Shown here piece after piece: positions 21,704-31,737 of a DNA stretch of 64,000 nucleotides (position 1 is its first letter; the number at the start of each line of letters is the position of its first letter). Source of the DNA: an uncultured delta proteobacterium. Its GTDB lineage: Bacteria; Myxococcota_A; Polyangia; Polyangiales; Polyangiaceae. The position numbers and the translations under genes are program-made. Below the pieces are notes generated by a model that saw nothing but the letters and a program-made list of their open reading frames with translations, did no database searches and was not told the DNA's origin. Location of the stretch: contig CAWKKR010000006.1 of the NCBI GenBank assembly GCA_963850305.1, positions 32,001 through 96,000 of the forward strand, read 5' to 3'.

Positions 21704-24232
21704 TCAGGTCAATCCGTCGAGGGATTGAGATGGCTGCGCGTGCGTCAGATAGCTCCGTGTCAGACTCTCGGCCAGACTCGGCGCGGCGTGTTCGAGTTCC
21801 GCGAGGAGAGCGTCGAGGAGCGGCCGCTGTCCGGACGGGTCGGATACAGCGAGTGCATGGACGTCGGCGAGCCGTACGCGAGAGAGTGCCCGAAGTGCTA
21901 TACGCGCCTCTTCCGGGAGCAGCGGGGAACGGTCCGCGCGCGGAAGGCGTTCGATGTGCTCGTTCAGGGCCGCGAGCTGGTACACGACGGAGCGAGGATT
22001 GCTCTCGTCGGTCATCAGGAGATCGAGGACCAGCGGGACCTGAAGCATCCCGAGGTAGCGCGTGCGATACGTGATCACGCTGTCGGCGACCTCCAGCAAG
22101 GCCTCGAGCGTCGGGGCGTCGTCCGTGTCGACGGGCACGAGGATCGACCGAAGGAGGCGTGCGGTGTGGTGAAGACGTTCCACGCGACGGCCCATGTCCG
22201 CGAAGCGCCAGCCAGGGCCGTGCGTCATATTTTCGTGTGAGAGCCCGCTCAGCGCTGAGAAGAGGAGCACGAGCTGCGCGATGAGGTCGAACGCATCCGA
22301 GAGATGGAAGGAACCTCGCGCGCTCGCTTCCGTGACCAGTCTCTCGATGTCGTTCACGACGCGCCAGGTGTCGCTCGACAGCCGATCCCGAACGACCGAG
22401 CCAGCGCGATGGGCGGCGGTGATGGTTGCGCGCAGGGCGTTCGGGTGCTGCTTTGCGAAAAGGAGCCGCTCGATATCGGGGCTGCTCCCGCTGCGCAAGA
22501 TGGAGTCGGACAGGACGCCGGGGTCGAGCTCGCTGGTGACTTCCAGCGCACGCACCAGGGGCGCGATTTCGGGCACCTGTCCCGGCACCGACTCGTTGGT
22601 GAGCCGCGCGAACAGCGCGCGAAGCAGTCGGACCGTGCATTCGGCACGCTCGAGATACCGGCCGAGCCAGAACATGTTGTCAGCGACGCGGCTCGGCAGA
22701 TCGCCTCCGCTCCGGAGGATGTCGGCAGGTTGCCTCGGAGAGCGCAGGAGCGTCACGGGGTTCACCTCGGCCTCACCGGAACGGACCCAGAGATCCTTGC
22801 TTCCGCCGCCCCGCTGCATGGAGACGACGAGCGAATCCTGGGTCGCGGACACGCGGGTGAGCCCGCCGGGCATCGTGTCGTAGCCGCGCCGCGAGTACGT
22901 CACGTATGCGCGGATGGCGACATGGCGCGGCGTCAGTCTGCCCGCGATCCATGCGGGCGCCGTCGAGAGTTCGACGCGTTCCTGCGCGACGAACCACTCC
23001 GGGCGCGCGGTGATCCGCCCGCGGAGTTCTTCGCGCTCCGCCCCGCTGAGATTGCCGACGAACACGGGCTCGAACCCTCCTACGGTCGACTTCACCACGA
23101 CATTTTCGAGATGTTCGAGAACGAAGCGCAGGGCGTCGGGGTCGCCGCACCACCAGGTCGGTACGCTCGGCAAAAGGAGATCCTCTCCCAGGAGCTCGCG
23201 ACAGAGCCTCGGCAGGAAGGGGAGCATGGCCGGCGTCTCGACGAGCCCGCTCCCCAGGGCGTTCGCGACCGTGACGTTCCCGGCGCGCACGGCGTGCACC
23301 AGGGCTGCGATGCCGAGCGACGAGTCGGGCCGGAGGCACAGCGGGTCGCAGAAGGCGTCGTCGAGCCGACGAAGAATGACGTCCACACGCTCGAGCCCGC
23401 CCAGCGTCTTCACGAATACGTGTCGATCGCGCACGGTGAGGTCGGCGCCTTCGACGAGGGCAAGACCGAGGTAACGCGCGAGATACGCGTGCTCGAAGTA
23501 TGTCTCGTTGTGCGGCCCGGGCGTCAGCAAGACGATGCGCGGACTCTCGCGGCCGCGCGGCGCCAGAGCGAGGAGCGAATCGCGCAACGTCCGGAAATAT
23601 GCGGCGAGGCGTTGCACGCGACAATCGTGGAAGATGCTCGGCAGGGTGCGGGATATGACGATGCGGTTCTCGAGCGCGTAACCGGCTCCCGAAGGCGTTT
23701 GTGTTCGATCGCCGAGCACCCAGAATGCGCCATCCGGCGCACGTGCGAGATCTGCGGCGACGACATGCAGTGCAACGCCGCCCGGAAGCTTTGCGCCGTG
23801 CAGGGGCCGCAGGAAGCCGGGGAGCCCCAGCACGAGCTCGGGCGGGAGCAGGCCCCGAGCCAGCAACCGCTGCTCTCCGTAAAGGTCGACGAGCACGCGA
23901 TTCAGGAGTGCCGCCCGTTGCTCGAGCCCGCGCGACACGGTCGTCCATTCCGCGGCCTCGACGAGAAGAGGGATCGGATCGAGCTCCCAGGGCCGATCCA
24001 TGCCGCGCGGATCGCCGTAGACGTTGTACGTCACGCCGTTGTCGCGAATGAGCCGCCTCGCTTGCTCCCAGCGACGCTCCATCTCCTGGACGCCGAGTTC
24101 CTGGATCGCGCTGACCCAATCGCGAGACGTGGGCCTGGCAGCGCCGTCGGGGGCGAACACTTCGTCGCGATTCGCGGCGTAGGCGAACGAGGACGCTTCT
24201 GCGTCGAGCTCTGCGCGGAACGAAGACGTCAC
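21704..24232 (-). CDS. Circularly permuted ATP-grasp fused to alpha-E domain
   Basis: NGVTYNVY, DRTQTPSGAGYALENR, ETYFEHAYLARYLG and SMQRGGGSKD, followed by PSRVADNMFWLGRYLERAE. Confidence 0.92.
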   Translation of the reverse strand: MTSSFRAELDAEASSFAYAANRDEVFAPDGAARPTSRDWVSAIQELGVQEMERRWEQARRLIRDNGVTYNVYGDPRGMDRPWELDPIPLLVEAAEWTTVSRGLEQRAALLNRVLVDLYGEQRLLARGLLPPELVLGLPGFLRPLHGAKLPGGVALHVVAADLARAPDGAFWVLGDRTQTPSGAGYALENRIVISRTLPSIFHDCRVQRLAAYFRTLRDSLLALAPRGRESPRIVLLTPGPHNETYFEHAYLARYLGLALVEGADLTVRDRHVFVKTLGGLERVDVILRRLDDAFCDPLCLRPDSSLGIAALVHAVRAGNVTVANALGSGLVETPAMLPFLPRLCRELLGEDLLLPSVPTWWCGDPDALRFVLEHLENVVVKSTVGGFEPVFVGNLSGAEREELRGRITARPEWFVAQERVELSTAPAWIAGRLTPRHVAIRAYVTYSRRGYDTMPGGLTRVSATQDSLVVSMQRGGGSKDLWVRSGEAEVNPVTLLRSPRQPADILRSGGDLPSRVADNMFWLGRYLERAECTVRLLRALFARLTNESVPGQVPEIAPLVRALEVTSELDPGVLSDSILRSGSSPDIERLLFAKQHPNALRATITAAHRAGSVVRDRLSSDTWRVVNDIERLVTEASARGSFHLSDAFDLIAQLVLLFSALSGLSHENMTHGPGWRFADMGRRVERLHHTARLLRSILVPVDTDDAPTLEALLEVADSVITYRTRYLGMLQVPLVLDLLMTDESNPRSVVYQLAALNEHIERLPRADRSPLLPEEARIALRALSRVRLADVHALAVSDPSGQRPLLDALLAELEHAAPSLAESLTRSYLTHAQPSQSLDGLT

Positions 24233-24265
24233 GGGCTAATAAGGGGGGAAGCCGCGCTGATGAGG

Positions 24266-27200
24266 TCAGCCGTGCGCATGATAACGCCGCAAATCGAGCG
24301 TAAGCGGGTAATCCGGACTCCGCTCGGGGGCTGGGGAGTCGTCGGCCCAGCGCATCGGTCCCGGAGTATGTCCAAACGGGGAAAATAACACAGCGCGGCG
24401 AGCTTCGGCCTCGTAGGCGTTGACGGGGAAAGTCTCGTAGTGCCGCCCGCCCGGATGAGCGGCATTGACCGTACAGCCGCCGATGGAGCGACCGGACCAA
24501 CCGTCGACGAGGTCGAATACGAGCGGCGCGTGAGGCGGGATCGTGGGGTGGAGTGAGTGCGGAAGGGCCCAGGAGCGGTAGCGCACCCCCGCGACGGCTT
24601 CCTCGCGCGTTCCCGTCGGATGAAGTGGAACCCGAACACCATTACAGGCGAGCGCGTGACGGCCCTCGATGGCACCGCGGACGAGCACCTGCACGCGATC
24701 CAGCGACGAGTCGACAGAGCGGGACGTTCCGCCGGGCGCCGCGTCCTCCGCCAGGACGTGCCAGGGCTCCAGTGCGCGGCGGAGTTCGAGCGTCACGCCA
24801 TCGTATGCAACCACGCCGAGTCTCGGAAAGCGGAACTCCTGGTGCACGTCGAACCACGACTGTTCCACGGGATAGCCCGCGGTACTCAGGTCGGCGACGA
24901 CCTCCCCGAAGTCGCGCGCGACGAAGTGCGGCAGGAGAAACCGGTCGTGGAGCGAGGTACCCCAGCGCGGCAGTCTTGCCCGATGCGGCTTTTGCCAGAA
25001 CCACGCGACGAGCGCGCGGACGAGTAGCTGCTCGGCGAGGCTCATGCGCGCGTGGGGCGGCATCTCAAAGCCCCGCATCTCGACCAGGCCGAGGCGTCCG
25101 GTCGGTCCATCGGGCGAATAGAGCTTGTCGATGCAGAACTCCGCGCGGTGCGTGTTGCCGGTGAGATCCGCGAGGAGATGGCGGAAGGTTCGGTCCACCA
25201 GCCAGGGCGGGGGAGGTGCCCGGCGGTTTTGCACGTCATCGAGCGAGCGAAACGCTATTTCGAGCTCGTAGGTTGCTTCGTGACGGGCCTCGTCGACGCG
25301 GGGCGCCTGACTTGTGGGGCCGATGAACAGACCGGAAAACAAGTACGAGAGCGACGGATGGTCGTGCCAATAGCCGACCAGGCTGCGGAGTAGATCCGGA
25401 CGGCGCAAAAAGGGGCTGTCTTCCGCGCTGGGTCCGCCGAGCGTCAGATGATTGCCCCCGCCCGTTCCCGTGTGGCGACCGTCGAGCAAGAACTTTTCGG
25501 TGCCGAGGCGCGACTGACGCGCGTCTTCGTAGAGATGCGTCGTGACGGTTTCGAGCTCCGCCCAGGACGCTGCCGGGTGAACGTTTACCTCGATGACGCC
25601 AGGGTCGGGAGTGACAGACAGCCGGACGAGGCGCGGATCTTGCGGCGGCGGATATCCCTCGACGAGCACGGGCTGGCCGAGCTCGGCGGCAGTCGACTCG
25701 ATGGCGCGGACGACCGCGAGAAAGTCTTCCAGGGCTGCGAAGGGTGGAACGAACACGAAGAGCTGCCCATTCCGTACCTCCGTGCACACTGCCATGCGCA
25801 CGGCCCACGGCGCCGACTCGTTGCGAGCGGGCGGGGTTTCGCGCTCGCGTCGCGGATCTTGCAAAGCGGGTTCGTTCCAGCCCTTTCCGAGCGCCGCTCG
25901 CTTCTCGAAGGGATCGCGCCCGATGAGCAGTGGCCGTTCGCCCGGCTCGACCCATGGGAGCGAAGCAAGCGGCAAGCGGTAGCCCATCGGGGAATCGCCA
26001 GGGATGAGAAATAACGGCTCGGCCCTCCGGAAGAAGAGCCCGCTACGGAATCGAGCAGAGCCGGGCTCGTCGGGCTCGAGTGGCAACGCATAGCCGACGA
26101 CGTGGCCGAGGCCTTGCTCGAAAACGCGGGCGAGTCGGCCTCGTTCGACCTCGTCGTCGAGCTTCGAATACCGAGGGCTGACGTTCACGGGCAGCCGCTG
26201 TTCGCGCCAGAGGTAATAGAACACGTCCTCGTAGGCGGCGTTGACATAACCGGGGTTCACACCGAGCTTTCGTGCGAGCGTCCGAGCGAACTTTTCCGCT
26301 ACCGCGCTCGTCAGTGGCGCTTCACGCGTATCGTCTGCGACGAGAGCCGGATCTTCCCAGACGGCCGTGCCGTCTTTTCGCCAGAAGCAGGACAGCGCCC
26401 ATCGCGGCAGCGACTCTCCAGGATACCATTTGCCTTGCCCGAAATGAAGCAGGCCGCCGGGCGCGAACCGTTTGCCGAGACGCCGCAGCAAGTGGCCCGC
26501 GAGCTCGCGCTTGTGGGCACCGAGGGCGCCGTACGTCCACTCGAAGCCGTCGGGATCGTCGATGGACACGAACGTGGGTTCGCCGCCCATGGTCAAGCGC
26601 ACGTCCATCGCCTCTAGATCGACGTCCACTCGGCGTCCGAGCGCGTCGATCCTGGTCCACTGCTCCTCGGTGTACGGTTTCGTGACCCGCGGGGCTTCTT
26701 CTATCCGCGTGACGGTCATCTCGTGTTCGAACTCGACCTCCGCGTCGTCGACCAGCCCGGTGACGGGGGCGGCGCTCGTCGGCTCGGGCGTGCACGCGAG
26801 CGGGATATGCCCCTCGCCCGCGAAGAGGCCGGAGGTCGGATCGAGTCCGATCCAGCCGGCGCCAGGGAGATACACCTCCGCCCAAGCGTGGAGATCCGTG
26901 AAGTCCCGATCCGCGCCGACGGGGCCGTCGAGGGCCTTCACGTCGGGCTCGAGCTGAATCAGGTAGCCCGAGGCGAAGCGGGCTGCGAAGCCGAGGTGCC
27001 GTAGCGTCTGCACGAGCAACCACGCCGTGTCGCGACAGGACCCGCTCCGCAGCTCGAGCGTCTGCTCCGGCGTCCGCACTCCGGGCTCGAGCCGGATGAC
27101 GTAGTTGATGGCGTCGTGCAGGCGCTGGTTCAAGGCCACGAGGAAGTCGACCGTGCGGACGCCTTCTCGACGGGATCCGTCCACCAAGGCGCTGAGACGG

Positions 27201-27574
27201 GGGCCCGGAGGTTCCGTTCTTCGATAAGGAAGCAGGTCGCGCGCCAGCGACGGCTCGTACTCGAACGGCACCGCTTCGGCTTCCGGTTCCAGGAAAAAGT
27301 CGAACGGATTTCTGACACCGAGCTCGGCGACCAGGTCGACGTCGATTTCGAAGCTGCGCGTCTCCTCCGGGAACACGAGGCGGGCGAGGTAGCTGCCGTG
27401 AGGATCCTGCTGCCAGTTCACGTAATGGCGCGCGGGCTTCACCCGGAGCGAGTAACTTTCGACGAACGTGCGCGAATGGGGCGCCGGACGCAGGCGAACG
27501 ACCTGCGGCCCCAAGCGAACGGCGCGGTCGTATTGATATGCGGTGCGATGATGCAGGGCGACGCGAATGGACAT
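24266..27574 (-). CDS. Transglutaminase + DUF2126 putative amidoligase
   Basis: MSIRVALHHRT, GSCRD, DLHAWAEVY, DPTSG, LTMGGEPTFVS, TPDPGVIEVN, GTGGGNH, HRAEFCIDKLY and RGFEMPPH. Start set at ATG 27574. Confidence 0.92.
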   Translation of the reverse strand: MSIRVALHHRTAYQYDRAVRLGPQVVRLRPAPHSRTFVESYSLRVKPARHYVNWQQDPHGSYLARLVFPEETRSFEIDVDLVAELGVRNPFDFFLEPEAEAVPFEYEPSLARDLLPYRRTEPPGPRLSALVDGSRREGVRTVDFLVALNQRLHDAINYVIRLEPGVRTPEQTLELRSGSCRDTAWLLVQTLRHLGFAARFASGYLIQLEPDVKALDGPVGADRDFTDLHAWAEVYLPGAGWIGLDPTSGLFAGEGHIPLACTPEPTSAAPVTGLVDDAEVEFEHEMTVTRIEEAPRVTKPYTEEQWTRIDALGRRVDVDLEAMDVRLTMGGEPTFVSIDDPDGFEWTYGALGAHKRELAGHLLRRLGKRFAPGGLLHFGQGKWYPGESLPRWALSCFWRKDGTAVWEDPALVADDTREAPLTSAVAEKFARTLARKLGVNPGYVNAAYEDVFYYLWREQRLPVNVSPRYSKLDDEVERGRLARVFEQGLGHVVGYALPLEPDEPGSARFRSGLFFRRAEPLFLIPGDSPMGYRLPLASLPWVEPGERPLLIGRDPFEKRAALGKGWNEPALQDPRRERETPPARNESAPWAVRMAVCTEVRNGQLFVFVPPFAALEDFLAVVRAIESTAAELGQPVLVEGYPPPQDPRLVRLSVTPDPGVIEVNVHPAASWAELETVTTHLYEDARQSRLGTEKFLLDGRHTGTGGGNHLTLGGPSAEDSPFLRRPDLLRSLVGYWHDHPSLSYLFSGLFIGPTSQAPRVDEARHEATYELEIAFRSLDDVQNRRAPPPPWLVDRTFRHLLADLTGNTHRAEFCIDKLYSPDGPTGRLGLVEMRGFEMPPHARMSLAEQLLVRALVAWFWQKPHRARLPRWGTSLHDRFLLPHFVARDFGEVVADLSTAGYPVEQSWFDVHQEFRFPRLGVVAYDGVTLELRRALEPWHVLAEDAAPGGTSRSVDSSLDRVQVLVRGAIEGRHALACNGVRVPLHPTGTREEAVAGVRYRSWALPHSLHPTIPPHAPLVFDLVDGWSGRSIGGCTVNAAHPGGRHYETFPVNAYEAEARRAVLFSPFGHTPGPMRWADDSPAPERSPDYPLTLDLRRYHAHG

Positions 27575-27677
27575 CTGGGGGAAGGCTCGGAGAATCGCTT
27601 CATCTGGTAGTTTCATGTAGGCGCGTTGCCGAATTATTTCCGGGCCGTGGCGGGCAGGGAGCGCGCTCGAGCCACCC

Positions 27678-28547
27678 ATGGCTTCTGATGCTAACGTGCC
27701 CCGGATGAGCGGGATTCGGTTGATGGCGTTCGCAACGCTCGGCGTTGCGCTGTCGCTCGGCCGCCCATCACACGCCGAGACGGACGCGGAGGGGCACCGC
27801 GTCCACACGGTTTACGCCGGCCAGACTCCGGCCCGGATTGCCAGGCGATACGGGATCACTGTCGACGCCCTGTACACCGCGAACGGGCTCCGCCGTGGCG
27901 CGCGAATCCGGCCGGGACAGAAGCTGCTCATTCCGGAGAAGGGCGACGCGCCCGACGAGCTCGCGTCCCACTGCGGAAACCGGTGGCAAGACTACGCGGA
28001 GCGACCACGGAGGAGAGGCTACGTCGTGCTCGTCGCACCGACGAAGCACTGGCAAGGATACGTGCTCACGTCCCGCGGCAAGCTGATCCCGAAGGCGCGC
28101 GACGCGATCGAACGGATGTTTGCCTCGTGGCGTACCGGGGTCGAGCATGACATCGACACTCGGCTGATTCAGCTCGTCGTCCGCGTGAGCGACACGTTCG
28201 GCGGGCGGCCGCTCCGTGTCGTCTCCGGGTATCGGGAGCATTCGTTCGCGGAAGAGTCGAAGCACAAGGTCGGGCGAGCCTTCGATTTCAGCATTCCAGG
28301 CATCCCGAACGCGCTCGTGCGTGATTACCTCCGCACCCTCCGCCATGTTGGCGTGGGCTATTATCCGAACGCGACGCACGTGCACCTCGATGTGCGCGAG
28401 GAGAGCGCCTACTGGGTCGACGAAGCCGGTCCGGGAGAGCCGCCGCGGTATCTCGGGAGCCCGCCGAAACAGACCGCGCAGGAGACTGCTGCGCCCGCGT
28501 CACCACCTTCGGACGCGACCGAACCGACTGAGAATCGAATCGAGTGA
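27678..28547 (+). CDS. LysM + DUF882/YcbK M15 peptidase
   Basis: Signal peptide; LysM (HTVYAGQT...IARRYG...ANGL...IRPGQKLLIP); SGYR, SKH..AFD and HVHLDVR. Confidence 0.88.
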   Translation: MASDANVPRMSGIRLMAFATLGVALSLGRPSHAETDAEGHRVHTVYAGQTPARIARRYGITVDALYTANGLRRGARIRPGQKLLIPEKGDAPDELASHCGNRWQDYAERPRRRGYVVLVAPTKHWQGYVLTSRGKLIPKARDAIERMFASWRTGVEHDIDTRLIQLVVRVSDTFGGRPLRVVSGYREHSFAEESKHKVGRAFDFSIPGIPNALVRDYLRTLRHVGVGYYPNATHVHLDVREESAYWVDEAGPGEPPRYLGSPPKQTAQETAAPASPPSDATEPTENRIE

Positions 28548-28586
28548 CAGGGGGGCGTCTGAGGTCGAAAAGGGCAGCTCGATGAC

Positions 28587-30332
28587 TCACCCCGGCCGTG
28601 TGCGTCGGCTCGTGCGCGCGAGACTGCTCTGACGGAGAGGCTCCTTGGTGCGATATTCGGGCAAGAACTCGCGGGAGCGGTTCTTGCGCGCGTCGGGTTC
28701 GGGTAACGGGAATGCCTTCGGCGAAATGGCCAGAAGCTCCGCCTCGTTCACCTCGTCGATCAGGGCCGGGGAGAGATACTTCGTTGCGTACTGTCGGTAG
28801 ACGCCCGAGGAAACGAACAGATCGAACAGCTGCGGGTCGAGGTGATTGTCGCGCTTCATGAACCCCATGATGCGCATGGTCTCCGAGAGTTTCTTCGCCG
28901 CCTTGTAGGGACGATCTTGAGCCGTGAGCGCCTCGAATACATCGGCGATGGCCATCATCCGCGCGGGAACGGACATGTCGTTTGCGAAGATGCCGCGGGG
29001 ATAGCCCGTGCCGTCCATCTTCTCGTGATGGCCGCCCGCGTACTCTGGCACGCGCCGGAGCGATCGCGGAAAGGGGAGGGCCTCGAGCATGTTGATGGTC
29101 TGAACCATGTGGTTGTTGATGACGAGCCGCTCTTCGTTCGTCAGGGTGCCGCGCGAGATCGCAAGGTTCCGAACCTCGTCCGCGGAAAGCAGGGTTTGTT
29201 CGCGGCCGCTCTGCACGTAAAGGCGCTGTCCTATTTCCGCGATCTTCGCTTGCCTCTCGGGTTCGAGAAATTCGCCGCCGACGTTCGCTCGCTCGAGGAA
29301 CCGAATCTCGGTCTCGAGCTCCGCGAGGCGAGCGTCGCGTTCCGCGAGCAGCGCGGGGGCGTCTGCGCCCGGCGCCTGGGACGCGCGCAGGAACTCAATC
29401 TCCGCGTCGCGCCGGAGGATCTCGAAGCGCGCGCGGATAAGCTCGATTCGATCGAAGATTGTCTCGAGCTTGGTCGCCTTGTCCATGACGTGGACGGGGG
29501 TTGTGACTTTGCCGCAGTCGTGCATCCATGCCGCGATCCGGAGTTCGTACCACTCGTCGTCGGTGAGATCGAAGTCGGCGAAGGGCCCAGTCGTCGCGTC
29601 GCAGGCAGCCGCCGCGAGCATCTCCGTGAGAATGGGCACGCGCTCGCAATGCCCCCCGGTGTGAGGGGACTTCGAGTCGATCGCCGACGCGATGGCCTTG
29701 ATGAAGCTCTCAAGCAACTCCCGCTGGCCGTCGATGAGCATCTGGTTGTCGAGGGCGATGCCCGCTTGCGAAGCCAGCGCCTCGACGATCCGCTGGTGTT
29801 CCACTGGAAACGGAACGACGGTATTGGTGGCCGGGTCGAGAGCGTTCAGGAGTTGCAGAACCCCGATGACGCGCCCTTCGCCGTTGACCATCGGAATGGC
29901 GAGCAGCGACTTCGAGCGGTAGTTGTTTCGCCCATCGAATAGCTTCGTGCCCGAAAAGTCGAAGCCCTCGGCGTGATACGCGTCGGGGATGTTCACTGAG
30001 CGCTTGAGGTGCGCCGCGGCCGTCGCAACGTTCTTCAGGTTCTGCGCACCGCTCGAGGCATCAACCATCGGGATCGGCGCGAACGCAATCGGGTTCCCGG
30101 TCGTTCCCCCCAGCGCGATCCCGAGCGAGTCGGTGCGCATGATGGCGAACTTGAGATGGTCGTCGTCCGTCCGGAGGTAGAGGGTTCCGCCATCGGCGTT
30201 ACAGAGACTCTTCGCCTCGAGCAGGATCATCTCGAGCAGGCGATCTTTGTTCCGCTCGGAGGACAGGGCAATGCCGACGCGATACAGGAGCTCGAGGCTC
30301 CTGACCTTTTCGTCTCTATCATCTGTCGACAT
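28587..30332 (-). CDS. GAF + HD-GYP cyclic-dinucleotide phosphodiesterase
   Basis: GAF (ADGGTLYL, SLLAIPM, GVLQLLN), TGGHCERV, HDCGK, HHEKMDGTGYP and ADVFEALT..RPYK. Confidence 0.92.
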   Translation of the reverse strand: MSTDDRDEKVRSLELLYRVGIALSSERNKDRLLEMILLEAKSLCNADGGTLYLRTDDDHLKFAIMRTDSLGIALGGTTGNPIAFAPIPMVDASSGAQNLKNVATAAAHLKRSVNIPDAYHAEGFDFSGTKLFDGRNNYRSKSLLAIPMVNGEGRVIGVLQLLNALDPATNTVVPFPVEHQRIVEALASQAGIALDNQMLIDGQRELLESFIKAIASAIDSKSPHTGGHCERVPILTEMLAAAACDATTGPFADFDLTDDEWYELRIAAWMHDCGKVTTPVHVMDKATKLETIFDRIELIRARFEILRRDAEIEFLRASQAPGADAPALLAERDARLAELETEIRFLERANVGGEFLEPERQAKIAEIGQRLYVQSGREQTLLSADEVRNLAISRGTLTNEERLVINNHMVQTINMLEALPFPRSLRRVPEYAGGHHEKMDGTGYPRGIFANDMSVPARMMAIADVFEALTAQDRPYKAAKKLSETMRIMGFMKRDNHLDPQLFDLFVSSGVYRQYATKYLSPALIDEVNEAELLAISPKAFPLPEPDARKNRSREFLPEYRTKEPLRQSSLARTSRRTRPG

Positions 30333-30341
30333 GCGCCGCCG

Positions 30342-31166
30342 TCACGCGAGTTCTATTCGCATGCCTTCGCGCGCAACGATGGCGGCGCTCCACATATCTC
30401 GCGCCTGTCGTTCCACGTCCGCCATGAAATCGTCTTCGTGCGAGGGGTCGTGATGGAAAATGGCGAGCTGCTTCACGGACGCTTGCTGGCAAAGACGCAC
30501 GGCCTCCTGCCAGGTCGAGTGCCCCCAGCCAACCTTGCTGGTGAATTCCTCGTCCGTGTACGTGCAGTCGTACACGACCAGGTCGGCGCCCTCGATTAGC
30601 CCGAGGATCTTCTGATCCGGCTTTCCGATGACGTGTTCCGTGTCGGTCACGTAACAGAACGACTTTCCCGTGCTTTCGAACCGATAGCCCGTCGCCCCGT
30701 TGGGGTGATTGAGCGGCGCGGTTCGCACCGAAACATCGGGCCCGACCTTGAACGCGTCGCCGACATCGAAGTCCTCGAACACGAGTTTCGAGCGCATGGT
30801 CTCGAGCGGGACCGGAAACGTGGGCTGGCCCATCTGTCCCGCGAGCACTTCGCGGACTCCCCCGAGCGGCTTGAGGTGGGCCGCGCGGATCTCGAAGGTC
30901 CGATTCGGCAGATACCCGGGACCGAAGAACGGGAATCCGTTGATGTGATCCCAGTGCACATGGGTCAAGAACAGGTGCGCGTGCCTCACGTCGCGCTTGT
31001 TGAACGACTCGCCAAGGTCGCGAATTCCGGTCCCGGCGTCGAGGACGATATGCTGGTTGCTCGCGGCAACCTCGATGCAGCTCGTGTTGCCGCCATAGGC
31101 GACGTGGCGCGGTGAAGGGCACGCGATGCTTCCGCGCACCCCCCAGAACTCGACGGCGAAGACCAT
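30342..31166 (-). CDS. MBL-fold metallo-hydrolase
   Basis: FWGVRGSI, YGGNTSC, LDAGTG, THVHWDHING, DTEH, WGHS and FHHDP. Confidence 0.92.
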   Translation of the reverse strand: MVFAVEFWGVRGSIACPSPRHVAYGGNTSCIEVAASNQHIVLDAGTGIRDLGESFNKRDVRHAHLFLTHVHWDHINGFPFFGPGYLPNRTFEIRAAHLKPLGGVREVLAGQMGQPTFPVPLETMRSKLVFEDFDVGDAFKVGPDVSVRTAPLNHPNGATGYRFESTGKSFCYVTDTEHVIGKPDQKILGLIEGADLVVYDCTYTDEEFTSKVGWGHSTWQEAVRLCQQASVKQLAIFHHDPSHEDDFMADVERQARDMWSAAIVAREGMRIELA

Positions 31167-31297
31167 GGGTTGGCGAGCGGAGTCTATGGGCCTGCCAGGG
31201 GGTTGTCATCTTGCGTCTTCGGCGGCGCGCGACGCCGGGGCGGCAGCCCCGGTGCTGGTTGGCGGATTCGAGGGCAATTTTCAGCTAATGTGGACGG

Positions 31298-31729
31298 ATG
31301 GCGGAAACGATTTTCGGCAAAATCCTCGAGGGGCGAATCCCTTGCCACAAGGTCTACGAGGACGACTTCGTTCTCGCGTTTCTGGACATCGCGCCGCTCA
31401 GCTTCGGGCACACGCTCGTCATCCCCAAGGAGCCGGCCGTGACCCTAGACGAGCTCTCGGACGACTCCGCCGCCGCCATCGGGCGGGTACTTCCCCGGAT
31501 TTGCCGCGCCGTGAAGCGCGTGACAGGGTGCGACGCCTTCAACGTGCTAGAGAACAATGGACCGCTCGCCCACCAGGCCGTCCCGCACGTGCACTTTCAC
31601 GTCATCCCGAAGCCCGATCCGGACGTCGGGCTCGGCATTCGTTGGCCCGCGGGCAGTATCGATCAGAGTGAAGCCGCGGATCTCGCCGAACGGCTCCGGC
31701 AAGCGGTGGCGGCCACGCCGCCCGCGTAG
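31298..31729 (+). CDS. HIT family protein
   Basis: AFLDIAP, GHTLVIPK and HVHFHVIP histidine triad. Confidence 0.95.
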   Translation: MAETIFGKILEGRIPCHKVYEDDFVLAFLDIAPLSFGHTLVIPKEPAVTLDELSDDSAAAIGRVLPRICRAVKRVTGCDAFNVLENNGPLAHQAVPHVHFHVIPKPDPDVGLGIRWPAGSIDQSEAADLAERLRQAVAATPPA

Positions 31730-31737
31730 GGGGACCG

